Source: Octopus sinensis (lineage: Eukaryota). Taken from it: a stretch of 64,000 bases of DNA. Within the stretch, counting starts at the first letter, position 1, and each line of letters opens with the position of its first letter. The notes beneath the pieces were generated by a model. The model was not told the origin of the DNA and did not search any database. It worked only from the letters and a program-made list of their open reading frames with translations. The position numbers were made by a program, and so were the translations under genes. Shown piece after piece: positions 13,496 to 27,489 of this stretch. The DNA is taken from NCBI RefSeq assembly GCF_006345805.1, contig NC_042997.1, forward strand, positions 5,952,001 through 6,016,000, given 5' to 3'.

Positions 13496-14039
13496 TACAT
13501 GTATTTGTGTGCGTACCTCTTTGTGTCACTGAGTGGATATATGAGCAATACATTTCATAGGAATAACTATTCCTATATATTTTTGAATAGAAATATTGCA
13601 AATCGTATGCTATATATTTCGGAAAGGATAGAAGTTGTAAAACAAAAAGATGCAGCGAAACATTCCTCCCTCCATACAAAATGCCATGCAAAATACTAGT
13701 ATAATATTATGACACGCGAATATTCTAATATCTTATCAGATCGGAATATACCAAATTGTTGCTTTATGACGTGTGGAAACAAAACACATCTATATTCTCT
13801 ATATATTTCTGTGAGTAGACCCTGCTCTATATCTATAAACATTACTACCACTATTAATACAAATACCACCAGGATAAGTCTCGTCGAAATATGTACAATA
13901 CTAATAATACTAAAAATAATAAACTTATAAATTTTACAGCGAATAAAGGACAAATGATATCGTAAAATTAAAAAATAACAATCTTAGCATTCCTTGAGTC
14001 ATGTGGCCGTCTTAACTGTTACATCAAAATAGAGATTTA

Positions 14040-14210
14040 TGCGCCTTCATTGTAATTCCTTAGTAAGCAAAGTAGTATATAATGTCAATCTCATAACAAT
14101 AGTTCTGTGTATTGGCTCAGTTGGTAACTTCAGAAAGCGATTTAGTGAAATGAGAGATAGCTTGGAACACAAAAATATTAATATATTCAAAATGGCGTAT
14201 TGAATAGTAT
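14040..14210 (+). pseudogene. possible decayed PLE GIY-YIG endonuclease fragment
   Basis: Manual translation SKVVYNVNLITIVLCIGSVGNFRKRFSE loosely resembles VVY...YIG...F..R. Confidence 0.25.
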
Positions 14211-14826
14211 TTATATCGGAAGGACATATCATGGCTTCTCCTACAGTCTGCAAAGTTAACAAATTTTAGTGCGGACAATATGTAATACAGATACTCAAAA
14301 TACATCACGCTTGGTGACAAAAATAGGATAATGATCGTATAATTCTGTAATAACTAAATGAACTTATGTTGAGTGGGTCACAAATAACATCAACTGCACA
14401 ATAAGCAAAAATTAACAACCATTAATAAAAAAAATGGTAATGAAGTTATATAATGCTATTACTATTCTGGTAATATCATTGCTGCTGAGATGGAATTTAA
14501 ATTACAATTTCTGCTTTATTAGATTAACTGATTTCATTAAAAGTCAAGTTTGAGCAATTATTAAGAAAATATACATTGCGCAAACACACATGCATATATT
14601 TACATATACGTGAGCGTGCCAATATCGCAAACGTGTTCCTATCTATGGATATATAAATGTGTTTGTGTCATGTGCGTGACAATGTATCCATGCATGTATG
14701 GATATAGTATTTTACCTATTTCTAAAGATGCACAAATCTTGCCTATATGCTGTGGTTGCCTACATAAATCGCTATCGTGTATACATTTCCATATATATAT
14801 ATATATAATATATATATATATAATAT

Positions 14827-14915
<89 letters not shown>

Positions 14916-15036
14916 ATATATATATATATATACATACACATATATATACACATATATTTGTGTATGTATATGTATACATATATATATATGTCATATATAT
15001 ATTTATGTATGTATATATGTGTGTGTATGTAAGTAT

Positions 15037-15087
<51 letters not shown>

Positions 15088-16028
15088 ACGAATAAATAAA
15101 TAGGATAATTATCCCCATACACAGCACAATTAATTAGTACTCTTATAGAACATCAGGAATATTAATCCAAGTAACAGCGAACAATAACTTTATATTCACT
15201 CAATATATGTCAAAGCATCGGAATACTTCACGGCATACATAGGTGCACTCATATATTGAGGATATAATATAAAAGATATATAAGTATATCTGTATATCAA
15301 TACATAAATGTACTTTCGGGATTGCAAGTTCATATTGAAATCAATGAGGATATTAAAATATGCACATGGTGAATGGAAAGCGGTAATCCAAATAGATGAG
15401 ATCGTGGTATGAAAGGATTTTAAGAGTAAGAGGAATCTTTAGCAGGTATGGTGTTTGACAGCGGTTTCAAGATAATATAGGTTGATATAGGCGAGTTAAC
15501 TCCAACCATAACACTCATCTACATTTCTCTCATCAGAAGTATTCTCAGAGGAGTTATAAAAGAGTAATTTAAATCTTAAATTTGTAAGCAGCATTAAAAA
15601 ATTCAAGAATTTTTAAAATTCGAATTCTGTGTTGGATTATACGGTTCAGGCGAAGGATATATAATATAATAAGAGCTAAATTTACATGTTTAAATATATT
15701 ATGGTGGTATAGATAATAGATGAATCCAAATGTACAAAGGGTAAATAGGTTAAAATCATATAAATTAATTAGTTTGGGAAAAAAATATAAGTTGATAAAT
15801 ATTTATCTATACAAAGAATAATAACATCCGATAATATATTAAGTATTTTTTTATCAGCACAGAGTATATTGAACGATTCTCATGTGTATAAATGACAATT
15901 TCTGCTGTCTGTATTGTATTGTATGTTTTCTGTTATAAGTGACGAATCCAGACTGAATTCTTTATTACGCATTTTTAATTTATTAAAGTGACTACCTAGA
16001 ATATCTCTCTCTCTCTCTCTCTCCCTCC

Positions 16029-16118
<90 letters not shown>

Positions 16119-16215
16119 AATGTATATATCTTCCCTGGTGATGAGTTCTGAAATCTAGAAACAATGAATCATTCACAATACGTTATGACGCGTTTAATTT
16201 ATTATTTCTGTATAG

Positions 16216-16297
16216 TCATGAAAAGCAACCTTGTCCAAGAACGGCTAAAATATGTGAAACTAGATTCATCAGAATTGGGATTTAGTTCAATGTTTAT
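16216..16297 (+). CDS. candidate internal exon (phase 1->2, MKSNLVQERLKYVKLDSSELGFSSMF)
   Basis: TTATTTCTGTATAG acceptor, 26 open codons, GTGAGT donor at 16298. Confidence 0.4.
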
Positions 16298-16593
16298 GTG
16301 AGTCGGAAGGATATATTTCCATTTGCTACTGAAACTCCAATGATTTGATGATGTAATATTTTCTTTAAGGCTACACTTGACGCAGATTATTATCTGAAAA
16401 TACTATATAATCTAGCGAATAATTTAGAAAACAATTTTCTACTATTGATCTTTATATATGTCAATGTCCTTTGTTGCATAAGCCAACATTCTCCTCCCTT
16501 TTACGAAACTCTCATGCACGCAGACGCAACAAGCACATATGCACAGACTCGCAGACACACAAGCACGCACTTCGACATATATACACACACACG

Positions 16594-16650
<57 letters not shown>

Positions 16651-17442
16651 CGTGTGTGTGAGTGTTTGTGTGTGTATACGTTTGTACCAGTGTGTGCGTA
16701 CGTGTGTGTGTGTGTGTGTGTGCGTGTGTGTGTGTGTTTGTATACATGCGTGTCTCTGTGTGTGAGTACGTATGTGCATATATATACTTTCACACAGAAG
16801 CATAACTATGGAAACAAAAATTGCCAAATGCTAGCGAAAATTACTTTGCAATTATAAGGTACTTGTACTATTCTTCTGTACATTGGGCGACTGCCTTTTG
16901 CCATATTCTGTCCTCCAAACATAACTTGGGTGTCAAATAGAAGGAAAATATGTTGAAGTCCGAAAGTAATGCAATTTGTATATTCACATACCTATATTCC
17001 CACACAAAGTCAGATAGACACAGGCACACTGCACACAATCATTTTTATATTCATATTGAATATATATTCACTTACACATACAAGACTGTGGAGTGTATAA
17101 TATCGACTCTGAAAATCGGAGATTTTGTCTTAATGTTAATGCTAGAGTATATTCTGTTTGTCTACTCAGCAAACTTTCAAAAGTTGAATCTTAAAACGGC
17201 AATGCACTTGTTGAATTATTATCGTCAATGCAAAAAATAAATCTATAAAAAGGCAAATAAAAATGAATTATATTCATATTCAAGATTACTTGAAAAATAT
17301 TCAGAATATTTTGCGAGGAACATGCTTAATTTATCTCATTGATTTAAAGAAGAAGACTGTGATATTTTATCTTCATTTGGACTTAGGATTTCTTTGATGA
17401 TAATGCAATGTTGCTGCTCAATACATCTAACATTACCATTAG

Positions 17443-17474
17443 TTTGTGGAGAGTACTTCGAAGTTTGCGCTTCA
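17443..17474 (+). CDS. candidate micro-exon (phase 2->1, LWRVLRSLRF)
   Basis: ACCATTAG acceptor, GTAAGA donor at 17475; phase bridges 16216-16297 and 23021-23150. Confidence 0.3.
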
Positions 17475-20127
17475 GTAAGATTACAATTTTGTTTTATGAA
17501 ATAACGTTTCATACGTTCTATTTTTGTTCCCCAGTTTTGAATATCTTCTCTCTAATTTTTTATTGTTTCTTACACTATTTTCCTCCATGAGTTTGTGATT
17601 GAATGCAAGATTGTAATTAATATCAGTATAAATAACTTGGAAAGTCACCAAAATCCTCGTTGTAGGTTGCTCATTTTTTATAACCAAAAGTATCATCATT
17701 AATTATAACTCGGATTTACATGTCTATAGTATATCATCATCATTTACGACATCTCAATCATTTTCACTACTATTGATATCATTATAAACATTACATCTGC
17801 CATTTCTTTAATATTTATGATGTGAGTATAGCACTCCATTATCATTGTTAGATTAATCTTCACCGTATTCATTACATCCACAATAATCATGATATTTGTT
17901 ATAATCAACAGCGTGGAAAATTATTTGAAAAAAATCTCTGATTTCTACAGCAATATTATTAATCATACACAGAATATATAAGCAAAATCTTTATACAATT
18001 CATTAATCTAATCCTATGTCATTTAAAGCCAGAATTAAACAATAGAACTAGATACAATATTGCATATATTCCGAAAACATCATCTGTAGTTCCTGAACAA
18101 TGTTTTTCTTTAGCGTTATTTTTTTCGTTTTTATGAAATGAAGTACTTTTGAAATAAAATCTTAAAAAATACCAACTTGACATACATGTTAGTGACTTGC
18201 TACAAATTTGAAAATACTATTAAATATTTCTTTGTGAAACAAGAAATTTTAAACACATATATGCATACAATTTACTTAAATTATAGCGTATACAGCTTTT
18301 AAGAAGTGATAAATTTGCGATAGTGTTGCGAAAATCTAACTACAAGAGTTATTAGAGAAATATTTGAAGTAAATGACTTGGTCTTAAGAGGTGCATTCAT
18401 GTCATTGCTGTAATCAATGCATGACGCAGAAATGTGATTGCTATTTTACAGCTATATTGACGATTTCTCTCAAATGTTACACTTACGTACACTACTATGT
18501 TATGTACACTTAAATTAAGCAATAGACCAGCTCACAAACTGCAGTAGATGCGGGTAACTTCATAAAAAGTTTGTTTCCTACATGTGAAAATACGAATCTC
18601 AGTTAATAGGAATATCAGAAATGTGGCTCATGTGGTCATTTCACTGCGATCTTTTTCAACCTCTTTAGCAATAGTTTTGCGAATAAGCCAGACATTTGTG
18701 TAAAATCGTTATTCGTTTTTAAAACTATTATCTAATGTCTCAGACACAATCTGGCAATACTTATAATCCAGAAACACATTAGAGGTAATTAACTATAAAG
18801 ACATTTTATATTAGTGCTTCTATTCTACGGTGTTCATAATATCAGGAATTGGGCTTATACAACAATAACAGCTGAGAGTTTACTTTATTTCTTCCAACGA
18901 CTAACTCCCTATAATATCAGTTGATAATGTATTATTTTGGGGGAAAGTGCAGTAAGAAATATGTCATTAGATCTTAGACCAACGTAGCTAACTACCTATG
19001 ACAATGCATCCAATTTTCCTGCTTCAAAATTTAATTAACAGTCCCGCAGATTTGGGATTACGAGCTAAAATGCAATTTAAGCTGAACAAATTACAACATT
19101 ACGAAATAAACTCTCTAATGGACAGCAATCACCGGCATACGTAGGAATTAGATTATGGTGCCTCGCATTAATTTATTCTCATTAACTAAACTGGCAACAA
19201 CATGCAAAACTCAATACATTGGACCTCGAACAACTATGAAATAAAATTATAAGATCTCGTCTTGAAACACAATCTCCTTTGCTATTCCTTCCAATTTTAT
19301 TTGTATGTGACTGCTTATATCATTTGTAAAACTAGAAGATTACGCACACATTCTGGCATTCACATTATTTACAGACAGAACGATTATCAAAATAAAGAAT
19401 GACTAATCTGTAATCTACGCCGAAGATATTAGTGTGAGATAATAATAAAATTTTGGATAAGGTATTATTCATTTATATTATCATATCGGTCTTAATTCCA
19501 GATTAGATGATTTGTCAAATATTCCTACATCCAAATTAGTCGTAATACTTCACAAATAAAAACTATTCTGTCTTATGAAAAGAAAAGACGCATTAGAGAA
19601 TTTGGATAATTCACTCAAGGATACAATCTATCTGCAAAAATAGAGAATAGACAAGAGTGGAAGCGTTTAGATTGTCTTCTTGCTGGAAAGAATAAGAAAA
19701 AAACCAGTCATAGTATGACAAACATAAACAAGGAGGTGTAATTTGGCCAATCTATAGAAATGTAGCCATTCCATATTAACTCACTGCATCGAAAGCATTT
19801 TATTACGGTAGGGTTGTAGAAGAACGCATAATATTTGTGTAATATTAAAACTGTCAGTGGCATAGTCTCGATCAGCTCGTCTACGGTTGACGTACATTTA
19901 CACCAACAACACCGATACAAAACACGAGAAATGTAGGTTAAGTCATGATATGAACACACAGATTTACATATGGGAGGAAAGAGGGAAAGTAAGTATCAAT
20001 TGTGAAATGTTTGTTTCAGGTAATTTTTATAGACGTTGTATGGATATTGGTCAGAATTCGATTTTTACATGGAACTGGACACACAAAACACACACAGAGA
20101 CGCGCGCGCACACACACACATGTTTAA

Positions 20128-20419
20128 CTTAGACCCGCTTCGGTCATGAATGACAATGGGATTGCACCTAGAGTGCTAACATGTTACCCTGCGAGGTACA
20201 CACCGGGGCAAGGTTATTTGTGGAAGGTCAGCCCATGAATACCAACCTCCGTTCTCTACACCAGTGTTGTTATCAAAGAGAAAAGCAAAGGGTCGATATA
20301 GCTCGGCATCAGTGATTAGCAATTAATTTCTACAACTCAGTGAACTGGAGCAACGTGAAATAAAGTGCACAACACGCAGCCCTGTCTGGGAATCGAACTC
20401 ACTGCCTCACTGAGCCATG
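20128..20419 (-). mobile_element. tRNA-derived SINE (second family)
   Basis: Minus strand CATGGCTCAGTG...GAGTTCGATTCC...TTTATTTCACGTTGCTCCAGTTCA, matching the + copy at 54151. Confidence 0.7.
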
Positions 20420-20780
20420 ATTATATATATATATATATAAGCATGCATAGATATATATGTGTATATGGGTGTGTTTTGCTTGGCCCGAGGATTTAGTAGA
20501 AGTCATTTGCCCAAGTTGCTACACAGTGGGACTAAACACAGAAACATAGGGTTTGGAAGCAAGCTTCTTCCCACACAGCCAGTGATGTGTGTGAGTATTT
20601 GTATGTGTTCGTAGGCTTGCGGGCGTGTGTATACTGACAAAAGTATATATACCTCTACGTATGCGTTAAAGGAAAATCTGGAAGTTATGGTATTATCATT
20701 CATTCAGTAGTTACAAATCTATCAATAGTACTATAGAAGGTTATTACCTGGTCATTTATATTAATATTAATACGATTAAA

Positions 20781-21220
20781 GGCGGTGAGCTGACAGAAAC
20801 ATCAGGGTGCCGCAAAAAATATTTTGCAGCAATTCTTCCGACGCTATGTTCTGAGTTCAAATTACAGTAAGATAGTCCTTGAGTTCCATCCTTTCAAGAT
20901 CGATAAAATATGTACCAGTTAAGCACTGGGTCTAATGTTATCGATTCTGCCTTTCCGGCTAAATCCAGGACTTCTGCAATATTTGAGATATTATACTTTA
21001 AGGCAGCGCCATGGCAGAATTGTCAGAATCCTGGGCCAAGTATTTAGAGGCATTTCATGCATCTTTACTTTCTAAGTTCAAATTCTGCAGAAGTAAACTT
21101 TGCCTTTCCTCCCTCCAGGGTCGATAAAGTAAGTACTAGTCGAGCAGTGGTGTCAATTTAATTGATATCATCCCCTCCTCCAATATTATTGACCTTGTTC
21201 TAAAATTTAAAACCAATATT
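20781..21220 (+). mobile_element. two tandem diverged SINE copies
   Basis: GGCGGTGAGCTGACAGAAAC...GTTCTGAGTTCAAATT at 20781 and GGCAGCGCCATGGCAGAA...AAGTTCAAATTCT at ~21002, each followed by an AAGTACC/TAGT-type body. Confidence 0.6.
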
Positions 21221-21645
21221 GAATGACATCATAATCTTAAAATCATATGGACACATACATTTTTGAAAGTATCCATGTGTAATTCTTAAGACGAAGTCTA
21301 AAACAATAAATGGATTTCCGAAGTTCTAATCAAACAATTGTAACTCCAGAATTAGAGATAATAAAATAAACCCCAGGCTTTGATTTAATGTATTAACACT
21401 CTGGGACTAATCTAGTTGAATGTGGAAGGTCAGCTTGTATGGATAATTTTCCTCCCAAAGATAAGCAATCTACGGATATACAATTGGTAGCTAGTATCCA
21501 GAATGAATCCAGAAGACACCACTCGTATCTTCATTTTATAACACATGTGTATGTGTGTGTGTGTGTGTGTGTATCAGTGTGTATCAGTGTGAATATGTGT
21601 GCGTGTGCACATCTGTCAGTGTGTCCTCTCTATTTACTGAATATA

Positions 21646-22466
21646 TACGACGTGGTACCAAAAAGTTCCAGGACTAGTTATGTTCAATAAGTTGTTTCTT
21701 AGCTAAGATTTACCATCATCATCTTCGAAAAACTCACCTTGCGCAGCAACACAACGGTTGCAGCATTCCTACCAGTTTTGGAATCCGGCCCCGAAGTCAT
21801 TTTCTGTGAGCGAGTCGAAGATCTGCGATTAGCTTTTGATGTCGATGACGGTGTTAAAACGGAAACCTTTGAGCTATTATCTTGGGGAAGAGATGGAAGT
21901 CTGCCGGTGCTCAATCTGTTGAACTGAGTGGATGCGGAGAGATACCATGTCTTTTTTTGTGTTTTTTGTTTTTTTGGCGAATGAGGAGAGCTCGACGTTA
22001 GGACGTATTGTCGTTGTGAATAATTCAATTCTTCGCGCGCCACGGATCCGGTTGCTTTCACAGAATGTCCTCCCACAAACGCTTGAAAACATCGCAGTAG
22101 AACACTCAATTGACGGTCTGGTTCTGGGTGACGAATTCTCGATGCGCAATACTACATTTCCGGTAGTGACGTTCGTGGCAGGTCTTATAGATTACTTATT
22201 GGTAGGTTCTTCTACTTTTCAAGCGACCTTGCCCCTCGAAACATTGCGCACGACACTTTAACTCCTCGCCATAGACTTGCAGAAACACGCTCAAATATCT
22301 TTGTAGCAGACCTCACATGTTTAACAATAAATTTTGTGTTAGCCCTCTCTTCCTGTCCATGACAAAATTGCAGACTACAGTATACACATGATCACAAAAG
22401 CACAGATTTCGGAACTTGTGAAGTAAACACTCAACTAACTCGGGATATTTTTGATACTATCTCGTA
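21646..22466 (-). mobile_element. internally deleted mariner (Tc1/mariner) element
   Basis: Imperfect TIRs TACGACGTGGTACCAAAAAGTTCC / GGGATATTTTTGATACTATCTCGTA flanked by TA. Minus-strand translation includes IIHNDN...PHPLSSTD*APADFHLFPK (HxDNA and YSPDLAP motifs decayed). Confidence 0.75.
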
Positions 22467-22916
22467 TATGTGTCTTACAATTCTCGCTAGCATGAGAACG
22501 GCATTTATAGTGGATGGAGGAAAGTCGGAGTGTATATTTATTACAGTCCTTAACACATCTCTAATGATTAAAGAAAACGAGGTTTCCGTTTCCATTGAAT
22601 AATTCTTCATTTTCCCATTCCACCGTTAATCTTATCCCAGTAATCAACACAGAGTTTATGTTGTTTTTTTTTTTTTTTTTTTACCTTTATCTAATTGGAA
22701 TTCTACTATAAATCTACATAGTGAAAGGAGGAAAAGCTTGGTTTGCAATGTTTGTATTCATGTATGCAAAACATGTTACCCCTAGAACGAACAATATTCC
22801 CAAATGTCAGTAGTCGTCACGAGTGGATGGAATCAAAATAATATATGCTTGTGTCTATATACATATATATATATATATACACACACACATATATATATGA
22901 TACATACATATATGTA

Positions 22917-22974
<58 letters not shown>

Positions 22975-23020
22975 TATGTATACACACACACATATATATA
23001 CATATGTATATACGGATAAG

Positions 23021-23150
23021 AATACAATGCACTAAACAAAACATACGAATCTGCATATGTACTGATTCCAAATACTGCACATATACATGCTAAATACCCT
23101 GTTGATGCTATTGAAAAATTGAAATCCCAATTAAAAACTCTTGGATCTAG
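23021..23150 (+). CDS. candidate exon (phase 1->2, [42 protein letters not shown])
   Basis: 42 open codons ending AG|GTGAGA. The acceptor is weak and sits next to a microsatellite. Confidence 0.3.
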
Positions 23151-23414
23151 GTGAGATACTGACTCTTTTTCTATTGGCAAAATCTCTGGAAATAAATCTA
23201 AATGATGATATACACACATACATATAACATCGACATCATGGTAATTGAATTAGTTACAAAAAAAAAACAGAACATATTCCGTGATTTGAACTTGTTCATA
23301 CAACATAACAAAAATATGCATAGATTGAGATATAATTGAACCTGATACGAGAATTTTACATCTTGTATCTAAATCATAAATGTTTCTTTCCTTACTTTTT
23401 CTATTTTCTCAAAG

Positions 23415-23450
23415 GTGGATTTTGCATAAAACTCCAATGAACTTTACCCA
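23415..23450 (+). CDS. candidate micro-exon (phase 2->2, WILHKTPMNFT)
   Basis: Long pyrimidine tract ending TTTTCTCAAAG, open frame, GTAATG donor; phase follows 23021-23150. Confidence 0.3.
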
Positions 23451-23942
23451 GTAATGAACTTCACCCACTAATTGGAAATTAAAGAAACAATTTATTTTGC
23501 ATCTGCTCTTCACTGAAGTGGTGGAAATATTTTCAGCTGTTACAAAGATTTAGGGTTTTTCGGTCACTTTCTCTTTAACATTCATATTAGAGACACTACT
23601 TCATTTTTTACGCTATTCGTCATGATTATTTAGATGCAGATGGAAAATTTCGGTTTGTTTATTCTTAAATTGATTTTTAATCGAAAGAGCATTTTGAGAA
23701 TCACTTCAAAGTTCTATATTTGAAACATTTTTTACATTGTCATTTTAACAAACAAAACCACCGACACAAACACTCACACACACATACATACATATATTCA
23801 CTTGTACAAAGAGGCACACATACACGCATGCGGGTATATGTATGTTTGTGTGTATCGTAACGTATGCACATATGTGCGCATGAGTATACTATATACTTAT
23901 AAATATACCAATACACATACACATTTTGTATGTATATAAATG

Positions 23943-23973
<31 letters not shown>

Positions 23974-24680
23974 CGTTTTCGGATTTGGTTTGCAACATTC
24001 TCCATGTGGGTTCGTGTGCTGAAGCATATTCTGTTGTCTGGGGAGAGTCATTCTTTTTTAGTGCCTTGTGATTTATCACACTCACCGGCAAAGTTTCCAT
24101 TCAGTTACATATTCATTTTACTAAACTTTCGTTGCGTCTTGCAACATTTTCAGTAGTTGTATACTCTGTTCGTTATTCAAGTTGCGTTCTTTTTGATCGT
24201 TTGTGCGCATGTGTGTGGGTAACTGTGTGAGCGCTTACACATGTATGTATGCATGCATGTAAGTATGCATATGCGTGTATGAATGTGTGCGTGTGCGTAT
24301 GTATATATGTAAGTATTTATATACATGTGTATGTATTCTGCATATTCATGTGTTTTTTGTGTTTGTGCATTCGTGTCTGTGCGTTTGCATGTGTGTGTAA
24401 CTCTCTCTCCTCGTATGTGCATGTCTGCGTGTGTCTGTATGTGTATGGGTTTTTATGACTATGTACTGTGTCTGTGTATGCATGTGTGGATGTGTGTCTC
24501 CATATGTGTACTTGTGTGAAGTGAAATCTGTTTGTATATGGCCATGTGTTTCAGTCTCCAATTGCGTATGTGTGTGTATGTGTGCTTGTCAGCTCCTATT
24601 ACTTGTGTACCTATCTATAAGTATATCTATCTGCTTTCTTCCATATCCAATCGCCTACACACATGTGAATATATATATAT

Positions 24681-24733
<53 letters not shown>

Positions 24734-24834
24734 CACACACACAAACACACACATGCATACATCTCCGTAACAGCCTACTAACTATTCTACCTGCATATAA
24801 ATATAAACTGTAAGTATAGAGGTATGATTATCTG

Positions 24835-25500
24835 CTACGTATATTTCCTATTTAATACTGGAGACGATGCATTTATGAGGCTGTACTCCTGTATTTCTCT
24901 GAGTGTTAGGTCTTTCGGGTGCTTGGATAAAATGCAGCTGTCAAGTTGACCTAGGTTGTCTTCATGTTGGTCCTTGGTATGTTGGTAGAGTATGGAGGAT
25001 TGTTTTTTTTTTTCGTCGTTTTATTGTCTCCAATGTTAATTTAGTCTTTCCGCAATGCTCCTAGATGCCTCCCCTATGTATGTCCTGTTCATGTCTTTAC
25101 AAACACGTTTTATGCTGTAGACTACATTTCTAGTTCTACAGTTAATGCCAGGGCAAATCCTACATATCATGCTGTTATCATTGGAGCATGCGGTATTCTC
25201 AAAGAGGTACGTCTTACATTGTTATGATCTGATGGAGTTCCCTGGCTTTTCAACAATTTTTTATCTACGTGCTAGCTCTGCATGATCTGTGGCCTCTACA
25301 AACATAACTCCTTCATATTTGCCGGTTTTAAACCACATGTTCTCCCTATTTTTCTTTGTCACAAGCACTTTTTATCCTATTCCAGTCTTTGCTTCTATAT
25401 CTAGGACATCTAACATTAGTTTCTTTACAAATAATGTTATCTATCTACTTTCTAGCACACTTGTATATTCGGACACTATCTTTCTCATCATATCCTGAGA
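24835..25500 (-). mobile_element. Penelope-like element fragment: linker plus GIY-YIG endonuclease (pseudogenised)
   Basis: Minus translation FVEAT...KIVEKPGNSI...CSNDNSMICRICPG.CRTRNVVYSIKRVCKDMNRTYIGEASRSIAERLN*H...LTLREIQEYSLI...PVLNRK. Confidence 0.75.
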
Positions 25501-26781
25501 AGTGCATGCGCCGAATGAAGTTATGTACATGTTTCTTCGTTTCATAGGGTTTGTTCATTATCCTAAATAAACTAAGTAAACCAGAGTGTATTAAGATTTA
25601 TATACAGACAGAACATCCTTGGCAGGACTTTTTACATGCCAAAAAGTGCAGTTACACCCAAACCACGAAAACAAATGCACTTTTATGTATGACAATGTGC
25701 TGTGTTAAAACATTTATTACGCATGTGAACCACTGGTAATAAATTATGCTAATTTTTTACTCCTATAATTTACATAGTAAAATTTTCCTAATGCTTAGGC
25801 CATATAGTAAGCAGTTTAAATTCATTATTTACTGCTAGCTATGTAACTGCGCTTCCTCTCTTGCTTTGAATCCATAATGTATAACTATGGAGCTAGCATG
25901 TGTTTATTCAGTATGCATGAAGCTACATAATGATGTATTTTTTTACCGATCCCACTGATGAACTATGGATAACATTAGATTATTTGTTTATTAATAGGGA
26001 AACTCGAGTATGGGATTAACTAATAATGATTTTGTTCATTCTAGTGTCAATATCGGCGTGCATTTAGAATTATATTTTTTATTCTTGGATTTAACTGCTC
26101 TTTTTAGGAGATTCAGTAAATTCTTATATATATATATAGTGAAGCAATATGCACAAGAAGAGGAAATGGAGAAGGGGCAAAATTATTGAAGATAATAATG
26201 AGGGTTATCTTTGCTTTCATTCTTCCATTCGATGTATGAGAATTTCGAAGGGAGAGGAAAGTAATGAATACAATGTTAAACTTGAGAATTTATCATTCAG
26301 TTTTGTTTATCATAAACATTTTAGAATACGCCTACGTTTAGTAACTTGGCTAGTCTCTATAATGATCATTGGAAGGTAATTGAAATTCAGCAAATTTTCA
26401 TGTTTGCATGGTGTAGCCATGTAGAAAACAAAGACAAACAAGAATGTGGCCGTAGAACAAAATTTATAATTTCGGAGGCTGCAATTCATAAAGAGACGCA
26501 AGAAGATAAGTTGTAAATTTCTGAGTTTGAATGTGAAAGTATGATGCTATAGCTGTGAAATCATAAATGATTTTACTACAACTCCACTTAATTATGACTA
26601 CATCGTATCATTCCAGGTAAACTCATATCTGACAGATATGTTGAAATGTTACTAGAAGCCACTTCTCTGGGAAATAGACAAAATTTGGAATAGTGGTGGT
26701 ACATATACCTGGAAGACACGGTAACCGCTAAGGACATTCATGTTAATATGGTTGCTACATTAGCGGGTGAAGCCACAGATT

Positions 26782-27287
26782 TCATCATCATCATTTTCCG
26801 ACCGTGGTAGAGACAATGGAATTTACCATGCTAAGCCAGACTTCACGGTCCATCATGGCATTACGGAGGTCCTGTTGCTGGATGCCTGTATCCCTGGAGA
26901 TTACATCAGGGTAGGAGAGTGTGCCACCTCTGATATTGCCAGTAGATGTCTTCCAGAGGAGAAGAGTAGAAATTAATTATTTTTCAGCTCTACAACAATG
27001 TCCAGCAAACTGGACTCTCCTACCTTTCACAAGAGATGACACAGGTGGTAATTTCCCATATATTTGCATTTTGGTTGGATGGCACTTCCACGAGATATTT
27101 TGAGCTCTCATAAGGAGGCGATTGTAGGTTCCATCCAACCGCCTTTCAAGCTTCTTTGATAACGTCCAGGTTTCTGAGCCATATAGTAGAATTTGTTCGG
27201 CTGTGGCTTTGAAGATTTCAAGTTTGAAGTCTCTACTTAGATTTGATGACCAGATCTTATGCATGTCATTACAGGCTGACGAGGCCA
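26782..27287 (-). mobile_element. 5'-truncated RTE-clade LINE with (GAT)n tail
   Basis: ORF 26977..27288 ILLYGSETWTLSKKLERRLDGTYNRLL...RRVQFAGHC. The 3' UTR is nearly identical to 48692-48812 and both end in ATC/GAT repeats. Confidence 0.85.
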
Positions 27288-27292
27288 TACCC

Positions 27293-27486
27293 TGGCCTGG
27301 TCAGCCTGTAATGACATGCATAAGATCTGGTCATCAAATCTAAGTAGAGACTTCAAACTTGAAATCTTCAAAGCCACAGTCGAACCAATTCTACTATATG
27401 GTTCAGAAACCTGGACGTTATCAAAGAAGCTTGAGAGGCGGTTGGATGGAACCTACACTCGCCTCCTTATGAGAGCTCAAAATATC
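27293..27486 (+). repeat. inverted 194-bp copy of the RTE 5' end (fold-back arm)
   Basis: Reverse complement of 27094-27287 with a handful of substitutions; 5-nt loop TACCC. Confidence 0.9.
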
Positions 27487-27489
27487 AGT

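Noticed and set aside
9081-15127. Numerous ORFs of IYIY/HTHT/CVCV composition here and throughout the window
   Set aside because: Translations of (TA)n, (CA)n and (TG)n microsatellites; stop-free by composition, not genes.
26140-26345. GPCR TM6-TM7-like pseudogene (KLLKIIMRVIFAFILPF*...HSVLFIINILEY)
   Set aside because: An internal stop, no NPxxY or CWxP, and no upstream helices; hydrophobicity is explained by AT-rich codons.
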